A DNA stretch of 20,000 nucleotides from an uncultured virus (IMG/VR IMGVR_UViG_3300008117_000469). Taxonomy: Duplodnaviria > Heunggongvirae > Uroviricota > Caudoviricetes. The notes under the pieces are model-generated. The model did no database searches. It saw only the letters and a list, made by a program, of their open reading frames with translations, and had not been told where the DNA came from. Shown piece by piece: positions 15,947 through 20,000 of the stretch. The position numbers and the translations under genes are program-made. The stretch lies in the IMG/VR virus record IMGVR_UViG_3300008117_000469. The stretch is one strand, 5' to 3'. Each line of letters starts with the position of its first letter. The stretch's first letter is position 1.

Positions 15947-17298
15947 TATTTAGATTTTAATTGCTTAGCTAATTTTTCAGCTATATAAGGTTTTGCAATT
16001 TTTTTAGCAGCTTCGAGATTACCTTTATTCAAAGCTGTTCTAGCTTGTTTAAGGTTACTTTGATCAGAAGCATCTTTATTATCTTTATTTTTAAGAGCTT
16101 TAGCAATTTTACCTGCTAATTTTTCTTCAGCACTAATTTCACCTTCCATCATTGGAGGTTCAGGTTCACCTTCATGAGGTTCTTCACCTGTTAATGCATC
16201 TACAGCAGCATCGATTTGAGGTTCTTTTAATTCAAAATCAAGATAATGTTTAGCACTAGATATCATATTTTTAGCAGTAGTAATTTTTGACTGCCACCAA
16301 CCAGGAAGATCATATTCACCACCTGTTTCTTCTAGTTCTTCCATAATAGCATATAAATCCATAGCGTATTTACCAATTTGATATAATTCACCTTTGATCA
16401 TATGTGGTTCATTATCTTCATGACCTAAATCAATATCTTCATTTAGATTTTCACTAAACATTTTTCTCATATTATCCATGAATTCAGGAAACATTGAATC
16501 TGAATACATTCGAGCGGCTTTCATTATTAAACCATTTCTGTCGGTTTTATATTCAGGCCATTCATCCCAATAAAAATCTACTGCACTTTCAGCAGCGTCT
16601 ATAACTTTGCCTAAACCAGGAAATTCTTTAGGTTCACCTAAATCTTTATGGATTGATTGATTCATTGCATATTGGTCTGAACTACCCCAATCTTCTTTAA
16701 GTGCACCTTTTGCTTTTTTAATAGCAGCATCACGTTTAGCTAAGTAATCTTTAGAATCAATGTCTCCGTCTCCGTCAACATCTTCTTTTTTACCTTCTTT
16801 CATTTTCATGCTGATATCACCATCTGGGGCATATTGGTTGTAAAGACTTTTAGCATCTTCACCATAACCCATATCTTTTAGTTTTCTAACTAAATCACCG
16901 ATTTTGGAATCAACTGCACCCCATTGTCTGTAGACTCTAGGATCATCAGACATGTAATAATACCAATCGAATCCTTTTAAAAGGGATTCTAATTCATCCA
17001 TCATAGCAGATGCTTGGGATAAATCTTTTTCTGCTTCGTAGCGGTCAGCACCTACTTCGATATCCATTTCTTGCATTAAAGATTTTCTAACAAGTTCTTT
17101 GATGCGATTTTTATTTTCTGATTCTGCCATTTTTTTAGCTATATTTGTTGCACGTCCGTACATAACAGCTTCAGCATCTTTGCCATAGCGTTTAACAAGA
17201 GCGGACTTGTTTTTCTTCAAGTCCTTAATTACTTTCTCTCTTGCTTCTAATTCGGCTTTTGTAAGCTTCTTTTCAGTTATATTACTTTTTGTCTTCAT
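15946..17298 (-). CDS. Large acidic modular protein, probable capsid-internal polyprotein
   Basis: Likely start is the ATG at 17298 (MKTKSNITEKK). Modules are separated by ITE, MAE, MQE, MKE, LKE, LNE and MME. Includes EF-hand-like DVDGDGDIDSKDY. Confidence 0.75.
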   Translation of the reverse strand: MKTKSNITEKKLTKAELEAREKVIKDLKKNKSALVKRYGKDAEAVMYGRATNIAKKMAESENKNRIKELVRKSLMQEMDIEVGADRYEAEKDLSQASAMMDELESLLKGFDWYYYMSDDPRVYRQWGAVDSKIGDLVRKLKDMGYGEDAKSLYNQYAPDGDISMKMKEGKKEDVDGDGDIDSKDYLAKRDAAIKKAKGALKEDWGSSDQYAMNQSIHKDLGEPKEFPGLGKVIDAAESAVDFYWDEWPEYKTDRNGLIMKAARMYSDSMFPEFMDNMRKMFSENLNEDIDLGHEDNEPHMIKGELYQIGKYAMDLYAIMEELEETGGEYDLPGWWQSKITTAKNMISSAKHYLDFELKEPQIDAAVDALTGEEPHEGEPEPPMMEGEISAEEKLAGKIAKALKNKDNKDASDQSNLKQARTALNKGNLEAAKKIAKPYIAEKLAKQLKSK

Positions 17299-17452
17299 CG
17301 ATTGACGCTTTTCTGTATTCGGTAACCAATTTCTTGATTTCACCTAATGCTTTGCGAGCGCGACCATGAGCAGCTTTTGATTTTCCAGCATGTTCTGCTT
17401 TAAATGTTTCGTAAAGTGCTTCAATTTTTTCAAAAATTTCAATTGTGTTCAT
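17282..17452 (-). CDS. Histone H1-like protein, Hc1 family (56 aa)
   Basis: Below the ORF-track cutoff: MNTIEIFEKIEALYETFKAEHAGKSKAAHGRARKALGEIKKLVTEYRKASIDEDKK. The KAAxxRARKAxxEIxKxxxExRKAS signature matches short Bacteroidota Hc1-like proteins. Confidence 0.8.
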   Translation of the reverse strand: MNTIEIFEKIEALYETFKAEHAGKSKAAHGRARKALGEIKKLVTEYRKASIDEDKK

Positions 17453-17471
17453 AATTTTTATTATTTATAGA

Positions 17472-19043
17472 TTATTTATTAATTCGTTGCCACATTGGGA
17501 AAACAACTTCTTTGATTTTCATAGATGATTCTTTATCATCTTTCATGTCTTTTTCTAATGCTTTAATATGTTCAGCATCATCTGCTTCCGCATCTTTATA
17601 GTATTCTTTTTTACCTTCTTCCATTTCATCTTTACTATAAGTTGCTTTTAATTCTTCAGCACGTCTAATAGCACCATCTAAATGGTCAAAAATATCATCA
17701 TCACCTACAACTCCATGATATTCATCTTTAAGATCTTCTACAGCTTTAACGAATTCAGGAACACGAGCTGGAAGGAATGACCATACACCTTCTTCAAGTT
17801 CTTTATCTTCACCTTCAGCTACAGCACCTTTATCAACTACGTGTGCACGAGTAAAGAATGTAATTGTATTACCAATTTGATCGGTTAATTTTTTATCACC
17901 TAACTTTTGAGCAGCTGCTTGTGCTTGTGTTAAAGCATCTTGAACTGCTTTTACGTTTGGATCAACTTCAGCTGTTGTATCAACATCGATATTTTCTTCA
18001 CCGTCAACTGCTACTTCAGTATCGTCTACAGCTACTTCTTCATCACCTTCTGCTTCAGCTAAAATAGCATCTATTTCGGCTAAGAAATCATACCCAGAAG
18101 TTTCATCTGTATAATCAACATCTCTTTCATATTCCATGATAGATGATTTGATAAGTTCTTTTAATTCGGATTTTTTCATTTTATTTGATTTTGGAGCTTC
18201 TTCAGCTTCGTTCATTGATTTTTCATATTCGAATACTACTTCACCTTGAGGAGTAACATATCCAATATATGAATTTCCGGTAGCAGCATTATAAATTTTG
18301 TGTTTATCACCTTCTGATTTGATGATATAAGAACCACCAGCAAATTTACCTAAGTAGTTTTCAATACCAAATCCTTTTTCATCTTTCCAGTCATCACCTG
18401 GTGTATTAGGACCAGCAGTAATATCTAAATCAAAACCAGCTCCTTTAGGACTAGCTTCAACTGAATCTGGGGTGATTGAGAATTTGAGATCTAATTCATT
18501 TTCGTATTTAGTAAATTCATCTGCTACTTGTTGAGCAATATTTTGGACTTGATCTAATTCAAGAGCAGGTAATTCTGCTTCTTGTAAATATTCATCATCT
18601 CTATCTCCTGTAATATAATCATCATCATCATCTTCACCAGCATACCAAGATTGATTTGGATCATGTTCTGCTTCTTGAGTAAAATCATGAGATGAAGGTA
18701 ATTTTGGACTAGTTGTTAATGCTGGGAATAATACTTTAGAAGCAACTTTTTCACTACCAAAAGCTAAATCAATACCTCTACCTCTATCACCTCTACCACC
18801 ATTCATTTTATCTAATAATTCGTAGTAATCCATACCACCAAATTCACCATATCCTTCATAGTTTTTTTCAGCCCAAACATTACCCTTATCATCATGCATA
18901 AAAACAGTGATAGTATTTTCGGGTTCTGAACCGATTTGTTGGTCTGTATCTTGGGTAAACCATGAAAATTGACCTTCGGTCAATGATGAATGGAATGTTG
19001 CTTTATTTTCTAATATAGCTTTTTTAAGGTCGAATTTTGCCAT
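17472..19043 (-). CDS. Large acidic modular protein, probable capsid-internal polyprotein
   Basis: Leader MAKFDLKKAILENK, internal MKKSELKELIK, and domains bounded by LTE, LQE, MNE, IME, LAE, LEE and MEE. Confidence 0.75.
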   Translation of the reverse strand: MAKFDLKKAILENKATFHSSLTEGQFSWFTQDTDQQIGSEPENTITVFMHDDKGNVWAEKNYEGYGEFGGMDYYELLDKMNGGRGDRGRGIDLAFGSEKVASKVLFPALTTSPKLPSSHDFTQEAEHDPNQSWYAGEDDDDDYITGDRDDEYLQEAELPALELDQVQNIAQQVADEFTKYENELDLKFSITPDSVEASPKGAGFDLDITAGPNTPGDDWKDEKGFGIENYLGKFAGGSYIIKSEGDKHKIYNAATGNSYIGYVTPQGEVVFEYEKSMNEAEEAPKSNKMKKSELKELIKSSIMEYERDVDYTDETSGYDFLAEIDAILAEAEGDEEVAVDDTEVAVDGEENIDVDTTAEVDPNVKAVQDALTQAQAAAQKLGDKKLTDQIGNTITFFTRAHVVDKGAVAEGEDKELEEGVWSFLPARVPEFVKAVEDLKDEYHGVVGDDDIFDHLDGAIRRAEELKATYSKDEMEEGKKEYYKDAEADDAEHIKALEKDMKDDKESSMKIKEVVFPMWQRINK

Positions 19044-19058
19044 TTTTTGAGTATATGT

Positions 19059-19067
19059 TATAAATAT
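19059..19067 (-). promoter_or_regulatory. Putative late promoter ATATTTATA
   Basis: Intergenic, 15 nt before the ATG at 19043. Confidence 0.65.
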
Positions 19068-19068
19068 G

Positions 19069-19362
19069 TCACTTTTTGTGATATGTACCTTTTTTATATT
19101 CTGCTTTTTCTGTGTTTTTTATAAACTGTTTTCCCTTACGAGAACCAGCAGCTTTTTTCTTTGAGGTTTTAGCACGTTCAGCTTTAGATAATGATTGAGC
19201 TTTTTTACGAGGTAAGCAACGAGTTGTAGCTCCACCTTCTTTTTTCATAGTACCACAAGGACCAGTAATATTACCTTGAGTATCAATACGTACCCAGTCT
19301 TCTTTTTTAAACCAGTCACGTAAGGATTCGTTGATAATTTCTTGTAAACGTTCTCGTGTCAT
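19069..19362 (-). CDS. Small basic protein (DUF5872-like)
   Basis: Leader ending INE, then SLRDWFKKEDWV...RCLPRKKAQSLSKAERAKTSKKK...GKQFIKN. Lys/Arg-rich. DUF assignment is from recall. Confidence 0.7.
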   Translation of the reverse strand: MTRERLQEIINESLRDWFKKEDWVRIDTQGNITGPCGTMKKEGGATTRCLPRKKAQSLSKAERAKTSKKKAAGSRKGKQFIKNTEKAEYKKGTYHKK

Positions 19363-19796
19363 TATTCTTCTCCTTTACGTTCTTGCCATTCGTAAGATAC
19401 AGTATCTTTAACTATAGGACCTCCTTTAGCCCATGTTCTGCAAGTACGAGCTGAGTGGCATTTGAAACTATGCATCCAACAATATCCTAATCTACCATCA
19501 TCATCTGATAATGGGCCAGGCATACAATCTTCCATTCTTGGAGAAATATCAAATGCTGCACAATTAGCACATAAAGATTGCTTAGCAGCTTCAACTGTTG
19601 TATCCCAATGTTCTGCTAATTCATTCCAAAAATCTCCAGGTTCATCAACATTTAAAGGACCATATTTGATATAATCAGCTTTAATAGCTGAGTCTCTATT
19701 TCTGGTGTTAAGTTCTAGATCTTGAGTAGGAAGGGGACAAGCCATAGCAGCTTCGTATAATTTACCTTCTTTAAGATATTGTTTAAAATTAAACAT
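19362..19796 (-). CDS. Cys-rich protein with a HiPIP-like motif
   Basis: Leader MFNFKQYLKEGKLYE, then CANCAAF...GYCWMHSFKCHSARTCRTW. Confidence 0.65.
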   Translation of the reverse strand: MFNFKQYLKEGKLYEAAMACPLPTQDLELNTRNRDSAIKADYIKYGPLNVDEPGDFWNELAEHWDTTVEAAKQSLCANCAAFDISPRMEDCMPGPLSDDDGRLGYCWMHSFKCHSARTCRTWAKGGPIVKDTVSYEWQERKGEE

Positions 19797-19798
19797 AA

Positions 19799-20000
19799 TT
19801 ATTTCTTTTTTCCTTTTTTAGGCCATTCAATTGAACCTTTACATACTTTAACACCACGACCTGAAAGATAAGCTGATGATTTTTCACCAGCAGCTTGACG
19901 AGCAGCTATATATCTTTTACCTTTTTCACAAAGTTCTTCGTTTAATTGCTCACCTAATCTTTTAATTTCTTTAAGTTCGGAAATTACTTCTTCTGAAGTG
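19799..20000 (-). CDS. Hypothetical protein, 5' end outside window
   Basis: Open frame ...TSEEVISELKEIKRLGEQLNEELCEKGKRYIAARQAAGEKSSAYLSGRGVKVCKGSIEWPKKGKKK*, with TAA at 19801-19799. Confidence 0.7.
   Translation of the reverse strand, partial: TSEEVISELKEIKRLGEQLNEELCEKGKRYIAARQAAGEKSSAYLSGRGVKVCKGSIEWPKKGKKK

Noticed and set aside
17299..17343. N-terminal extension of the 15946 ORF
   Set aside because: GTG start lying within the Hc1-like gene. The ATG at 17298 is preferred.
18617..18632. (ATC)n microsatellite
   Set aside because: Encodes an Asp run in an acidic linker.
1153..19674. Other plus-strand ORFs (1153, 1323, 1348, 4049, 4875, 8659, 9635, 11523, 12871, 15445, 17864, 19462) and nested minus ORFs (5050, 13781)
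   Set aside because: They overlap better-supported minus-strand genes or regulatory elements and show no recognisable motifs.
1..20000. CRISPR array, tRNA genes, introns/inteins, integrase or transposase
   Set aside because: No spaced direct repeats or cloverleafs were seen, intergenic gaps are short, and terminase and portal are uninterrupted and of ordinary length.

Overview
AT-rich, gene-dense segment of a large T4-like tailed phage, with every credible gene on the minus strand. The host is probably a Bacteroidota member: there is a TTTG-N20-TATATTTA promoter, leaders are A-rich without Shine-Dalgarno sites, and there is an Hc1-type histone-like gene. In transcription order (right to left) the window holds: (i) a long run of small or acidic modular proteins sharing N-terminal leader motifs and many (L/I/M)-x-E sites, probably capsid-internal cargo processed by the prohead protease, including a PD-(D/E)XK-like nuclease and a HiPIP-like Cys domain; (ii) a four-gene enzyme cassette (FAD oxidoreductase, small protein, cupin, NadR-like P-loop protein) behind a pseudoknot/terminator/promoter element; (iii) a membrane protein, large terminase, portal, conserved hypotheticals, prohead protease and a scaffold-like gene running off the left edge. 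An ATATTTATA motif, containing the reverse complement of the T4 late promoter, precedes eight genes. Three genes appear to carry internal deletions, including loss of the protease catalytic His; these may be real or assembly artefacts. All family assignments come from motif recognition, not database searches.
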